From NCBI GenBank assembly GCA_033762115.1, contig JANRLX010000039.1, positions 1-56,373 of the forward strand: 56,373 nucleotides of DNA, given 5' to 3'. Shown here piece by piece: positions 32,577 through 43,300 of the stretch; positions within the stretch are counted from its first letter, which is position 1, and the number at the start of each line of letters is the position of its first letter. Source of the DNA: Verrucomicrobiota bacterium. GTDB taxonomy: Bacteria; Verrucomicrobiota; Verrucomicrobiia; Limisphaerales; SXQI01. The position numbers and the translations under genes were made by a program. The notes under the pieces are model-generated. The model did not search any database. It was not told the origin of the DNA and saw only the letters and a program-made list of their open reading frames with translations.

Positions 32577-33025
32577 AGCAGTTTCCGAGGGGTGGGATCG
32601 AGATTTCGATTGGAAATCAACCAGTAATCCGAGAAAGTGCGGATAAGAGATTGCAACTCCTCGGCGTCACCGGGCTTGGCGAGAAAGGAGTTCGCACCCA
32701 GAGCGTAAGCTGTTTTAATGTTTTTTAGTTCGTCCAGGCGGCTGAGCACCACGACCAACAACCCTTCCTGATCCAGTTTATTCCTGACAAACCGGAGCAC
32801 TTCAAAACCGTCTGCCTTGGGCATGTGTAAATCGAGGAGAAGAATTCCGGGGAAGGGATATTGCTCACGATTGGAATAAACACCCTCTCCCTTGAGATAT
32901 TGAATGGCTTCACGACCATTTTTCACCGAATAAATGGGGTTTTGAACTCCAATACGGGAAAAAGCGCGCTTGAGGAGAAACAAATCCTCATCGCTATCGT
33001 CTGCAATTAATATCGCCGTTTTCAT
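32573..33025 (-). CDS. Single-domain response regulator (Rcp1-like)
   Basis: ILIADDSDED, LLDLHMP, AYALGANSFLAKP, C-terminal YWL. Confidence 0.9.
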   Translation of the reverse strand: MKTAILIADDSDEDLFLLKRAFSRIGVQNPIYSVKNGREAIQYLKGEGVYSNREQYPFPGILLLDLHMPKADGFEVLRFVRNKLDQEGLLVVVLSRLDELKNIKTAYALGANSFLAKPGDAEELQSLIRTFSDYWLISNRNLDPTPRKLL

Positions 33026-33191
33026 CCCTTACTCACTTTATTTGATATTCGGCAAATTAAAACCGTCTCTGCACCTGATTTTCGATATAGTACCGTGCCA
33101 GCGATAGATTCAGGTTTTCCCTGATAGCTCCATTTCAATTTCATGATTAATTTCCCATTCACAAGGAGGGCATATTGCCTTAGCGATCAGG

Positions 33192-33227
33192 AGCCCGCTC
33201 ACACATTTCGTGTTAGCGGGCTTTTTA
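33192..33227 (+). terminator. Strong Rho-independent terminator with no annotated upstream gene
   Basis: AGCCCGCT-c-ACAC-atttc-GTGT-t-AGCGGGCT followed by TTTTA. Confidence 0.7.
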
Positions 33228-33447
33228 TTCCCCAATTGACCGCTTTAACTCCTCGCCACCTGCCGCCGCTTCATCGGCTGCAATGCTTCCTGAACTCGAG
33301 CCAAGAAACATGACTGTGATCACCAGCATTTTGTAATCTCAGTCGAAGAAGGGAATTCACAAGGTGAAGCATTAGCGGAAGGGGCATTATGTTAAAACAG
33401 GAGGGAAGGAGGGTGAAACCCTGATGCGACCTGCTGATGGAAAGCAT

Positions 33448-33464
33448 TTGGCACGCAGGGTGAA
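33448..33464 (+). promoter_or_regulatory. Possible degenerate sigma-54 promoter
   Basis: TTGGCACG-CAGG-GTGAA: perfect -24 element but GA instead of GC at -12; about 40 bp upstream of the UreF-like start. Confidence 0.3.
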
Positions 33465-33501
33465 GCGGGTTAATTTGCGGCTGTTTACGCCGGTAGAAGC
33501 A

Positions 33502-34155
33502 ATGTCTGAGCAATTACATATCAAATCAAAGGGCCCTGCCAATTATGCGGAAACGCAACGATTGGAAGAGCAACTTGGTTCCGCGGATGAGGCGATTTCC
33601 CTCGCGGAGGAAGCTTTTGCAATGCAGGTGGCGAGGATCGAAACCCTCCCGGCATTACGTGAGTTCCTAAAACGGTATGAGTCGGAATTGCTGGTGCCAC
33701 ATGAATTGGAAGTGATTTATCGCGCCTGGCAACACGCCTCGAAGAATGAATTGCGAGAATTGATTGAACTGGATTGTTCTCTGGAAGAGACAACAAAACA
33801 ATTCTCCGGGGCTTCGAGGGTGATCGGGAAAAACCAGATTCGGAAGTTGCGGACGCTGAAAGACCATCGAGTGGTGCAGCGTTACCTCGCCGCAATCAAG
33901 GAAGGGAAGGCAAACGGCTGGCATACGGTGGTTTTTGGAATTGTGCTCGCTGTGTACGGGTTGCCGTTGCGACAGGGACTGGTTCATTATGGAAGGCAAA
34001 CTATTCGCGGATTTATCATGGCTGGGGCGCAACGATTGATGTTATCGGTGGAAGGTGGCGAGGAATTGCATGAGGAGATTGCAGCGCCATTGCCGGGCAA
34101 GGTTGCGAAGTTGCTTGAAACGCATGACCTGAATAGGATTTCTGTCCTGAAATGA
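33502..34155 (+). CDS. UreF-like (urease accessory family) helical protein
   Basis: ELD...ASRVIG.NQ.R.L, GWH.VVFG.V, Y.RQT..G...A pattern resembles the UreF core; start set at ATG 33502. Confidence 0.6.
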   Translation: MSEQLHIKSKGPANYAETQRLEEQLGSADEAISLAEEAFAMQVARIETLPALREFLKRYESELLVPHELEVIYRAWQHASKNELRELIELDCSLEETTKQFSGASRVIGKNQIRKLRTLKDHRVVQRYLAAIKEGKANGWHTVVFGIVLAVYGLPLRQGLVHYGRQTIRGFIMAGAQRLMLSVEGGEELHEEIAAPLPGKVAKLLETHDLNRISVLK

Positions 34156-35630
34156 CTCAATACTTCGGGACTGCGGACTGGATCGTCATCGTCATTTATC
34201 TTCTTGGGATTATCGCCCTGGGTGTTTACTTCGGGAGGGACCAGAAGAACACGCGGGATTACTTCCTTGGCAGCAAGAACATTCCCTGGTGGGGAATTGG
34301 GTTCTCAATCATCGCAGCGGAAACTAGCGCGTTAACAATTATTGCAGTTCCGGCAGCGGCTTACGGGAAGGACAGCACCTATATCCAAATGGTGATCGGG
34401 TACGTGATTGCGAGGGTGGTGCTGGCGATTGTGATGGTGCCCCATTATTTTAAAGGGGAGATTTATTCGCCGTATCAATTATTTGCAGATGCCTTTGGGG
34501 ATTCAGCGAGGAAATTGTCCGGGTTCTTTTTTCTTGTTAGCGAAACGCTGGCCGCGGGAGTGCGGGTTTATGTGGCGTGCATCCCGCTGAAGCTGATGCT
34601 TGGAATCGATATTTTACCAGCGATCCTGCTCTTTATCATTTTGTCACTCGTTTACACTTATGTTGGTGGCGTCAAGGCTGTGGTGTGGACGGACGCAGTG
34701 CAGTTCGGGTTATTTCTCGCCGGAGGTCTGTACACGCTTTTTTATATTCCGACGTTGATCCCGGGAGGATGGGAGCAGGCCCTGACTGAGGCGAAAGCGG
34801 GAGGGAAATTGCATTGGTTCAACCCGGAATTTTCGCTGGCAGCTCCATTCAATATATGGATGGGAGTGATCGGCGGGACGTTCGTCACAATGTCTTCGCA
34901 TGGAGCGGAACAATTGATCGTGCAACGGGTGCTTGCCTGCCGGAATGTGGCAGAGGGTCGAAAGGCGCTGATTCTCACAGCATTATTGATCCTGCCGTTA
35001 TTCGTGGTCTTTTTGTTGGTAGGAGCGTTGTTATGGGTTTATTACCAGCACCAGCCATTCGCGATTCCGCTGCCGGAAGCAAAGCCGGGAATTGCCGCTT
35101 ACGACTTTGTCTATCCGATTTTCATGCTGACAGCAGTGCCGCCAGTGCTCAAAGGATTTTTGATCGTGGCAATTTTGTCTGCGGCAATGTCGAGCGTGAG
35201 TTCAGCGCTCACTTCACTGGCTTCAGTATCGACGATGGATTTTGCGAAACAGCTGATGCCAGGCAATCGATCTGATGAGTATTTCCTGAAGTTCAGCAAA
35301 TTGAGCACGATATTTTGGGCAGCAGCGTTGATTTACGTGGCTTATCTGAGCCGGCAGGTGGATTTTGTGTTAAATGCCGCCTTTAAATTGAGGGGGTTGA
35401 CGAGCGGGGCATTACTGGGTGGATTGATCCTGGCATTAAGTTGGAGAAAGCAATCCCCTCTTCCAGTTATCTTCGGGATGGTCGCTTCGCTCGGTGTCAT
35501 GATTGTGCTGAGTGTGGTCTGGTCAAAGGAATTGTTTTGGCCCTGGTACACATTGATCGGAACGATGGTGACCATCGGGGTGGCGTTTGTGGTGAAATTG
35601 TTTCAGGGAGACGCAAAGGCGGCCCCATAA
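34152..35630 (+). CDS. Sodium:solute symporter (SSS) family transporter
   Basis: DYFLGSKNIPWW, AETSALT, YTYVGGVKAVVWTD, QLIVQRVLAC, AAMSS. Confidence 0.93.
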   Translation: MTQYFGTADWIVIVIYLLGIIALGVYFGRDQKNTRDYFLGSKNIPWWGIGFSIIAAETSALTIIAVPAAAYGKDSTYIQMVIGYVIARVVLAIVMVPHYFKGEIYSPYQLFADAFGDSARKLSGFFFLVSETLAAGVRVYVACIPLKLMLGIDILPAILLFIILSLVYTYVGGVKAVVWTDAVQFGLFLAGGLYTLFYIPTLIPGGWEQALTEAKAGGKLHWFNPEFSLAAPFNIWMGVIGGTFVTMSSHGAEQLIVQRVLACRNVAEGRKALILTALLILPLFVVFLLVGALLWVYYQHQPFAIPLPEAKPGIAAYDFVYPIFMLTAVPPVLKGFLIVAILSAAMSSVSSALTSLASVSTMDFAKQLMPGNRSDEYFLKFSKLSTIFWAAALIYVAYLSRQVDFVLNAAFKLRGLTSGALLGGLILALSWRKQSPLPVIFGMVASLGVMIVLSVVWSKELFWPWYTLIGTMVTIGVAFVVKLFQGDAKAAP

Positions 35631-35778
35631 GGAACCGCCTTTACCTCTCTCCGAGCTCCACAGCCCAGAAGCGTTATCGGACAAACAAGCCTAGGCAAAA
35701 ACCGATCTACGCTAGGATAACTTAAGCGTGTAAAGTCCAAACTCCATCAGGAACAGCCCTTAAAATGGGTTGGGGAAA

Positions 35779-36858
35779 TTATTGAGTCCGATGAGAGGCG
35801 GAATCGAATTCGTGGAGCACGTCATGAATAAACCGAAGCTTTGCGATAACAGGGGTCGAAATGACGAAGGGATAAAGATCAGGGAGACCCATGCCCCGGT
35901 TCAGTTCGTTGAGCGCGTATGTAAGCGGGAGCCAGTTTTCGTAAAGGGAATCAAAGTCGGATTGGAGGGGGTTGATTTTTTTCAAGTCGGCGGTCATGAC
36001 AGGGGCGTTTGGATGCCTGGGACGGAGTGAAATGCCAAAACTGGCGGCGGTTTCCGTGGTGTCGAGAATATGCAGGTAATGGGCGAAAGCTTCGGCCCAA
36101 TCCTCCCAGGGATGTGAGCTTGCATACGGTGTGACACAACGATTTTGCCAATCCGCAGCCGCGCCCTGGGTATAATAAAGTTTCAGAGCGTCGGAGTAGT
36201 CAGTGGTTTCATCGCCAAAAAGTTCGCGATATTGAACGAGATGAGGTGTATTGGAAATGAGCCGTTCCCAATAATAGTGGGCAATCTCATGTCGCAGGTG
36301 TCCAAGTAGGGTTCGGAATGGTTCATTAAGTGCGACACGGCGACGCTCCCGTTCATCGTCATCGGCTTCGGCTGTGTTAATCGTGATGATTCCGTTCGCG
36401 TGGCCGGTCATGACAGGAGCACCCGGGGCATCGGCCTTGAAATGGAAACGGAGAGGAGGCTTTTTATTTTTCTCGTCCGCTTCCGTGGGAAGCTTTAATC
36501 GGAGAATGGTGTAAATGGTCCGCCGCTTGGCAATTTCCAGTTTTAACCATCGCTCCTGATTGCCCGGGACACTCAGATCAGGAACGACTTCGTTGAGGCG
36601 GCAGGCTTTGCATAATGGATCAGGATCATGCTGGGGAACGAGCCAGTTACAAATATGATGCTGAACAGAATTCGCGCAAAGGCGGTAAAGGCGCTCACGT
36701 GAATGCTCGGCAAGAGGTCGCCAGAGAGAACCCTCGGGATCGACAGTTGTGAGGTCAAGGGCATCCGGAATAAATCCGAGTGTATGGTTGCAGCGAACAC
36801 AAAGAACATTCTCGAAAAAAACGAGGTTTCCGCATTCATCACAATGGAAATTTTTCAT
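35779..36858 (-). CDS. Zinc-ribbon + putative zinc-binding metallopeptidase (DUF2248-type)
   Basis: CDECG..FFEN..CVRC, CNW, CKACRLN, MTGHANG, HLRHEIAHYYW (HExxH), HPWEDWAE. Confidence 0.9.
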   Translation of the reverse strand: MKNFHCDECGNLVFFENVLCVRCNHTLGFIPDALDLTTVDPEGSLWRPLAEHSRERLYRLCANSVQHHICNWLVPQHDPDPLCKACRLNEVVPDLSVPGNQERWLKLEIAKRRTIYTILRLKLPTEADEKNKKPPLRFHFKADAPGAPVMTGHANGIITINTAEADDDERERRRVALNEPFRTLLGHLRHEIAHYYWERLISNTPHLVQYRELFGDETTDYSDALKLYYTQGAAADWQNRCVTPYASSHPWEDWAEAFAHYLHILDTTETAASFGISLRPRHPNAPVMTADLKKINPLQSDFDSLYENWLPLTYALNELNRGMGLPDLYPFVISTPVIAKLRFIHDVLHEFDSASHRTQ

Positions 36859-37766
36859 TGTGATGGTCTGGATTCAGAAGGGCGAGCATCATCCGCGATT
36901 GGTTCCATATCAACAGCGACTTTCAACTCATGCTCACCGCTGCCTACGATCACACCCCGCACAGGGCTGACATCAGCGTAATCACGTCCCAGGGCCACTG
37001 TGATGTGCTGGGTGGAAGGAATGAGGTTATTCGTGGGATCAAGATCGATCCATCCATAGCCGTGGCAGAAAATGGAAACCCAGGCATGGGACGCATCCGC
37101 CCCTGCCAGTTTTGATTTTCCCGGCGGAGGAATAGTTTCGATATAACCACTGACGTAACGCGCTGCAAGGCCGAGAGAACGAAGGCAGGCAATTTGCAGA
37201 TGAGCAAAATCCTGACAAACCCCCCGACGTTTTTGGAGGACTTCACCTAATGGGGTGGCAATGGTCGTGACTTTTGGATCGAAGGTAAATTCCTTGTAAA
37301 TGCGAGCGGTGAGCTCAAGCGCAGCATCGAGAATGGGGCGTCCTTTGGTAAAGGAGGTTTTCGCATAATCCGCAAAGTCATCCCCAGTTCGAATATAATG
37401 AGAATCAAAAAGGAATTCGCTGGCTTCAAGTGCGGCGCCAAGTTGGCCGCCTCTGCTCAAGTCACGCACTTGTTCCCAGGCGGGGGTTTCCAGTGGCTGA
37501 ACACGCTGACGCGGGAAAATTTCCATCACTCCCGCACTACGGATGGTGAGTTGACGGTGGGCTGACTCAATTGTGACCGTGGCCACGTGGTTGCCATGGT
37601 AATCGGTAAAGAAATGCTCTGAGGATGGTGCAGGGTCCAGGGTAATCTGGTGTGCGCGACATTCCTGAAATGAAAACTGGCGAGGTTGCAGCCTCAAGGC
37701 ATGATGCGAAATCGAAACAGGTTCGTAGTACTCGTAGGAAGTCACATGGCTGAGTCGATAAAGCAT
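36855..37766 (-). CDS. Transglutaminase-like protein (Bact_transglu_N + Transglut_core)
   Basis: H.T.Y.Y, GVCQDFAH, ARYVSGY, SHAW, DLDPTN (Cys-His-Asp triad), GRDYADV. Confidence 0.93.
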   Translation of the reverse strand: MLYRLSHVTSYEYYEPVSISHHALRLQPRQFSFQECRAHQITLDPAPSSEHFFTDYHGNHVATVTIESAHRQLTIRSAGVMEIFPRQRVQPLETPAWEQVRDLSRGGQLGAALEASEFLFDSHYIRTGDDFADYAKTSFTKGRPILDAALELTARIYKEFTFDPKVTTIATPLGEVLQKRRGVCQDFAHLQIACLRSLGLAARYVSGYIETIPPPGKSKLAGADASHAWVSIFCHGYGWIDLDPTNNLIPSTQHITVALGRDYADVSPVRGVIVGSGEHELKVAVDMEPIADDARPSESRPSQ

Positions 37767-37771
37767 GGCAG

Positions 37772-40294
37772 CTAGTTCATTCGGGGAAGGCTCAGGGAAA
37801 AATAGCTGGCGGTGAGATGATCTGAAAGTGAACTTAATTCAGTTTCGATCTCTTTGAGAAAGGCATAGAGAGGCTCGCGACGTTGTTCCAGAAACTGTTT
37901 GGTCAAAATTTCGATGGCAGCGCAGGAGGGCTCTTTGAGTGGCAATATCGGTTTTCCCTCCGATTCCGATCCAGTGCGGGAAAGCGAGGGTTTGGGCAGG
38001 TTGGCCAAATGGGATTTCAGCGCATGGATCTGAAAAACCAGGGAGCGTGGGTTTCCCTGGTCGGCGAGCAACAGGTCAAGGACTGGTTGAAGTTGCACCT
38101 GGGCAAAATACCTGCGGCGATAGGTCATGGTGCTGTCAGCAATTTCCAGAAGCGGCCAGAGCACCGGGGAGGGAGTTCTATCAGCCATGAAAGCAGCCCG
38201 ACAGGTTTCGGCGAGATTGGAAGCCCGTTCCAACCTTCGACCAAGGTCAAGAAAGCGCCACCCATGACCACGGGTCATGTTCTCCATTTCCATTCCACTG
38301 AAAGCGGCCAAATCGATAATGGAGGTATTAATGAGGGCGAGGGCATTCGCCAGAGGAAGCCGCCCCGGCCTGCTGCGTGAGTCCAGTTGAAGCTGATTCA
38401 GGATACGCCAGGTATCGGCAGAAAAGCGGTCGCGCACAGTGGAAGCGATCTGCCGCATACGGAGCACAAGCTCACGAATAGCGCCAGGCCGGGTTGAGGA
38501 ATAGACCAGCTGCATGAGTTCATGCTCCAACTCCTTATAGGCCACCCGCCCGACCAGCCTGCGGGGTATGCGTTCAAGGATGACGAGCATTTGCAGAATC
38601 ACAGTAAATTCATTTTGACCATGACTCACAGACTCATCTGACAGACGGGTGATGACACAACGCATTAAACGCAGGGCGTTCTCAAGGCGTTCTGCATAAC
38701 GGCCGAGCCAAAAAAGATTATCGGCCACGCGGCTGGGCAGTTCGGCGGCATTGCGGACAGCGCCAATCGGCTGGCCCGATGGGAGTAGCAGAGTCAATTG
38801 CTCGACAGGGTTATCTGAAAGCACCCAGATGTCCTTGCTGCCGCCGCCCCGCTGCATGGAAACAACAGGGTCTCCTGAACGAGAGGAAATTCTGGCCAAT
38901 CCTCCAGGCATTACCGAACAGGAATCCTGCCCCACGCTGACATAAGCGCGAACCACCACCCCGCGTGGTTCCAGCTCATTCTGCGCCCAGGCAGGCGCCG
39001 TGGAAAAGGCCACCTGCTCCTGCCCGACATATTCAAAAGGGCGAGCGGTGATCGCATCCACCAGGTCTTCACGATCCTGCAGGGCAAGATTTCTGCCAAA
39101 GAAAGGAAAACGCAGCACTCCCCCGAAAGCCGGTTTGACCACAATTTTATCCAGATTCTGCAGAACGTATTTCTGTTCCTCCGCCTGACCGCACCACCAG
39201 GTCGCGACGCTGGGAATTTTCAATTCCTCTCCAAGCAGGTGCTGGCAAAGCGTGGGAAGGAAGGCAAGAAACGCGGAGCTTTCCATCAGGCTTGAACCCA
39301 GCGCGTTACTCACTGTGACATTGCCAGCCCGAACGGAATCGAGCAGGCCAGGAACTCCGAGGAAGGAATCGTTGCGCAATTCCAGAGGATCACAAAACGT
39401 ATCATCAACACGACGGAGAATGACATCGACTCGTTGGAGGCCTTCGAGCGTTTTGAGATATACAGTGCGGTCGCGAACGGTCAAATCTCCACCTTCCACC
39501 AAAGTAAATCCAAGATAGGATGCCAGATAAGCGTGCTCGAAATAGGTCTCATTATGGGGACCGGGAGTGAGCAGGACGATATTTGGATTTTGCCGATGGC
39601 GCGGTGCCAGGCGGTTTAGAGCCTCCCGTTGAAAGCTGAAGAACCGGGCAAGCCGCTGGACATTACAATCGCGAAATTCTTCGGGAAGGATGCGGGAAAG
39701 AACGATTCTGTTTTCCAAAGCGTAGCCTGTGCCGGAAGGCGCCTGGGTGCGGTCCGCCAGAATCCACCATTTTCCATCTGGTGAACGGGCAAGGTCACAG
39801 GCATGGAGATGGACATACCAGTTATCCGGCACCTTTATGCCATGACAGGGGCGAAGGAACGCCGGGTTCGCAAAAATCAAAGCCGGAGGAATAAGCCCGG
39901 AGCGAAGCAACTGTTGAGGGCCATAGATATCCTGCAATACCAGATTGATGAGACGGGCACGCTGAACCAATCCTTCCTCAATGCTCCGCCATTCGTCAGA
40001 GGAAATCAGGAGTGGAACTGTGTCGAGTTCCCATGGACGGTCCATTCCCTGTGGGTCGCCATAGACATTGTAGGTAACACCATGCTCCCGAATGACTTTG
40101 CGTCCGTTTTCCCAGCGGGCGTTGAGTTCATCCAGGCCCAATTTTTCGAAAGCGCTGGCAAAGGCTTTCCAATGCGGGCGGATTCCCTGGGTCCCCACAC
40201 TTTCATCATAAATCTTTGGAAGTGGCTGGTAGGCAGCAAACAGGCGGGGAGGTCCCGAATTCGGAATGGCTGCTGGCTGCGAAGGACAATTCAT
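37772..40294 (-). CDS. Circularly permuted type 2 ATP-grasp protein fused to alpha-E domain
   Basis: GVTYNVY, DRTQAPSG.GYALENR, VLLTPGP.NETYFEH, RRVDD..CDPLEL, MPGGL.R, GGGSKD.WV, then LPSRVADNLFWLGRYAER and GRRLER. Confidence 0.93.
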   Translation of the reverse strand: MNCPSQPAAIPNSGPPRLFAAYQPLPKIYDESVGTQGIRPHWKAFASAFEKLGLDELNARWENGRKVIREHGVTYNVYGDPQGMDRPWELDTVPLLISSDEWRSIEEGLVQRARLINLVLQDIYGPQQLLRSGLIPPALIFANPAFLRPCHGIKVPDNWYVHLHACDLARSPDGKWWILADRTQAPSGTGYALENRIVLSRILPEEFRDCNVQRLARFFSFQREALNRLAPRHRQNPNIVLLTPGPHNETYFEHAYLASYLGFTLVEGGDLTVRDRTVYLKTLEGLQRVDVILRRVDDTFCDPLELRNDSFLGVPGLLDSVRAGNVTVSNALGSSLMESSAFLAFLPTLCQHLLGEELKIPSVATWWCGQAEEQKYVLQNLDKIVVKPAFGGVLRFPFFGRNLALQDREDLVDAITARPFEYVGQEQVAFSTAPAWAQNELEPRGVVVRAYVSVGQDSCSVMPGGLARISSRSGDPVVSMQRGGGSKDIWVLSDNPVEQLTLLLPSGQPIGAVRNAAELPSRVADNLFWLGRYAERLENALRLMRCVITRLSDESVSHGQNEFTVILQMLVILERIPRRLVGRVAYKELEHELMQLVYSSTRPGAIRELVLRMRQIASTVRDRFSADTWRILNQLQLDSRSRPGRLPLANALALINTSIIDLAAFSGMEMENMTRGHGWRFLDLGRRLERASNLAETCRAAFMADRTPSPVLWPLLEIADSTMTYRRRYFAQVQLQPVLDLLLADQGNPRSLVFQIHALKSHLANLPKPSLSRTGSESEGKPILPLKEPSCAAIEILTKQFLEQRREPLYAFLKEIETELSSLSDHLTASYFSLSLPRMN

Positions 40295-40323
40295 TTTTCC
40301 AGCGGGATGCTAGCTGAACAAGT

Positions 40324-43300
40324 TCATGCAGGCAATGAAGCGCCGCGAAGATCCAACGTGAGGGGGAATTCTGAATTTTGAACCGGAGAAGGGACCTTAA
40401 TTGGCCCGGCCGTATGGCGGGTGACAAAGAAGCGGGAGAGACGGCGACTCTCCGCCTCATAGGCATTGACTGGAAAGGTGGAATGATTCCGACCGCCCGG
40501 ATGTGCGACATGGTAGGCGCAGCCTGCAAGCGAGCGTGAGTTCCAGGTGTCAACCAGATCAAAAACGAGCGGGGCATGCACCCGAATGGTGGGATGCAAG
40601 CAATGCGCTGGCTGCCATGCACGATATCGGACTCCCGCAACAAACTCCCCTGCTTTCCCGGTAGGATGCAGTGGAACGCGGTTGCCGTGGCAAAGAAGGA
40701 CGTGCCGGGTATCTGTTAAGCCTTCGACTTTGACTTGAAGCCGGTCGAGGGAGGAGTCCACATACCGGGTGGTGCCGCCAACCATGCCCTCCTCCCCGAG
40801 AACATTCCAGGGCTCCAGCGCCTGGCGAATTTCAAGTTTTACTCCGCGCGAGACAATCTGGCCACAAAGGGGGAAGCGAAATTCGAGGTGGGGAGCGAAC
40901 CATTCCATTTTCATGTCGTACCCACTCTGCTGAAGGTCCTCAATGACATCCCGAAAATCCTCCTCAATAAAATGCGGCAACATGAAACGATCGTGCAGGG
41001 CTGTTCCCCAACGAACCAGCGGCTTTACATAGGGCTCCTTCCAAAACCTGGCAATCATCGCGCGGAGCAATAATTGTTGCGCAAGGCTCATCCGGGCGTG
41101 CGGCGGCATTTCAAAAGCGCGCAATTCAACGAGGCCAAGCCGCCCGGCAGGACCATCGGGAGAATAGAGCTTATCGATGCAGAATTCCGCTCGATGGGTA
41201 TTCCCGGTCACGTCAACGAGCAAATGACGAAACAGCCGGTCCACAAGCCAATGGGGAATAGTCCCATGCTCGGGCACTTGTCGGAAAGCCAGTTCAAGTT
41301 CGTAAAGCGAATCGTTGCGCGCTTCATCCACACGGGGATGCTGACTGGTGGGGCCTATGAAAAGGCCGCTGAAGAGAAACGAGAGGGAGGGATGGTTTTG
41401 CCAAAAACAGAGCAGGCTTCGCAGCAGATCGGGCCGCCTGAGAATGGGGCTGTCTGCAGGGGTGGCACCGCCAATTAATAGATGGTTGCCTCCGCCGGTC
41501 CCGACATGCCGCCCATCCATCATGAATTTTTCTGTTCCCAGCCGGGAAAGACGCGCCTGTTCGTATAACGTGGTGGTATTTCTTACCAATTCCTTCCAAC
41601 TGCTCGCGGGATGAAGGTTGACTTCGATCACACCTGGATCAGGTGTGACCTTGATCACATCAAGACGGTGGTCAAACGGAGGTGTGGAACCTTCGATAAC
41701 AACAGGCAGATCCAGTGCGGCAGCGGTTTCTTCAACGGCGGCAATCAGGGAGAAATAATCTTCCGTGGTGGAAACTGGCGGCATGAACACGTGCAGGCGT
41801 CCTCCCCTCACTTCCGTGCAAAGGGCAGTACGAGCGATCCAGTCTGCTGATTGATTAGCAGCGAGCGCCCGTTCCTGCGGTTCCGAAACAGCAGTTGCGT
41901 TCGCACCCGCTTTAGGCAGGGTGGGATGTGGACGTTGAAATTCCGGCAGCGGAGGCAGCGCTTCAAATGGATCCGGGGGGAGAACGTAGGGGTAATCGCC
42001 TTTTGCCACCCATGGGATGGAATCCAGAGGCAGTCGCAAGCCAATGGGGGAATCACCCGGGAGCAGAAACAGATGCTCAGTGCGGAGAAACCATGGGCTG
42101 CTGACCCAACCGGTTGCGCCGTGCTGCCGTTGGATTGGCAGAACATATCCGGCGACTTTGCCGAGACCTTGAGAAAATATTTTGGCAATCCGGGCCCGTT
42201 CTTCCTTGTCATCCAAACGGGAATCCAGAGGGTCAACATTGCTCGGGAGACGACGTTCCCTCCAAAGGTAGTACCAGGCATCTTCGTAAGCAGGCAGGAT
42301 GTGCCGGGTTTTTACCTGGAGCGTCCTGCACAAATGCGTTATAAAATTCAGAGCGTCCTTTTCGCTGTGCCCGTAATCGATTTCTTCACTGGCAAAAAGG
42401 GATTCCTTTTTCCAAAGCGGCTTTCCATCTTTTCGCCAGTAACAACTCAAAGCCCAACGTGGCAAGGACTCGCCTGGATACCATTTTCCCTGGCCGAAGT
42501 GCAAAAGACCTCCGGGAGCAAACTGGGTTTTCAGGCGTTTTAACAAATCAACCGAAAGGCGCCTTTTATTCGGGCTGACGGCAGTGAAGTTCCATTCTTC
42601 CCCATCCATGTCATCAATTGAAACGAAGGTAGGTTCCCCTCCCATGGTCAATCGAACGTCATGGGTCAGCAGATCAGCATCCACTTTTTCAGCAAGGGAT
42701 TCGATTTCGCCCCATTGCGCATCACTGTACGGCAGGGTAACACGGGGAGATTCATAGATCCTCTGCACGCCCATCTCATGTTGGAAAGTCGATTCGCAGA
42801 GGTCAACTGTGCCTGTGATGGGAGCGGCATCCGAAGGCTCCGCGCTACAGGCAAGGGGGATGTGACCTTCTCCGGCGAGGAGACCTGAGGTAGGATCAAA
42901 GCCGATCCACCCGGCACCCGGCAGGTACATCTCGCACCAGGCATGCAAGTCCGTGAAGTCGTGAGAGGTACCTGAAGGGCCATCGAGAGACTTCACATCC
43001 GGAGCCAGCTGGATGAGGTAACCTGAAACGAATCGAGCGGCAATCCCCAGGCTGCGGCAAACCTGGACCAGCAGCCACGCACTGTCACGGCAGGAGCCGG
43101 ATAGACAACTCAAAGTTTCCTCTGCCGTCTGGACACCTGGCTGCAAACGGATCAGGTATTTGATCCTGGAAGCGATGCGTTGATTCAGGTCAACCAGGAA
43201 ATTGATTGTGGATTCACCAGAGCGGGGAATGAGATCGAGAAATTCTTTTAGCAGAGGTCCAGGAACGGTTGGTTCCAAAAAAGGCGCGAGCTGCTTTTCC

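Noticed and set aside
33084..33100. Minus-strand TGGCACG upstream of the single-domain response regulator as a sigma-54 promoter
   Set aside because: Good -24 element but no GC at -12 (reads TA)
33143..33313. Short + strand ORF MINFPFTRRAYC... as a leader peptide
   Set aside because: Runs through the terminator hairpin, has no SD and no telling codon runs
35631..35778. Gap between the SSS transporter and the peptidase as a precursor peptide or ncRNA
   Set aside because: No convincing ORF, repeat or stable structure seen
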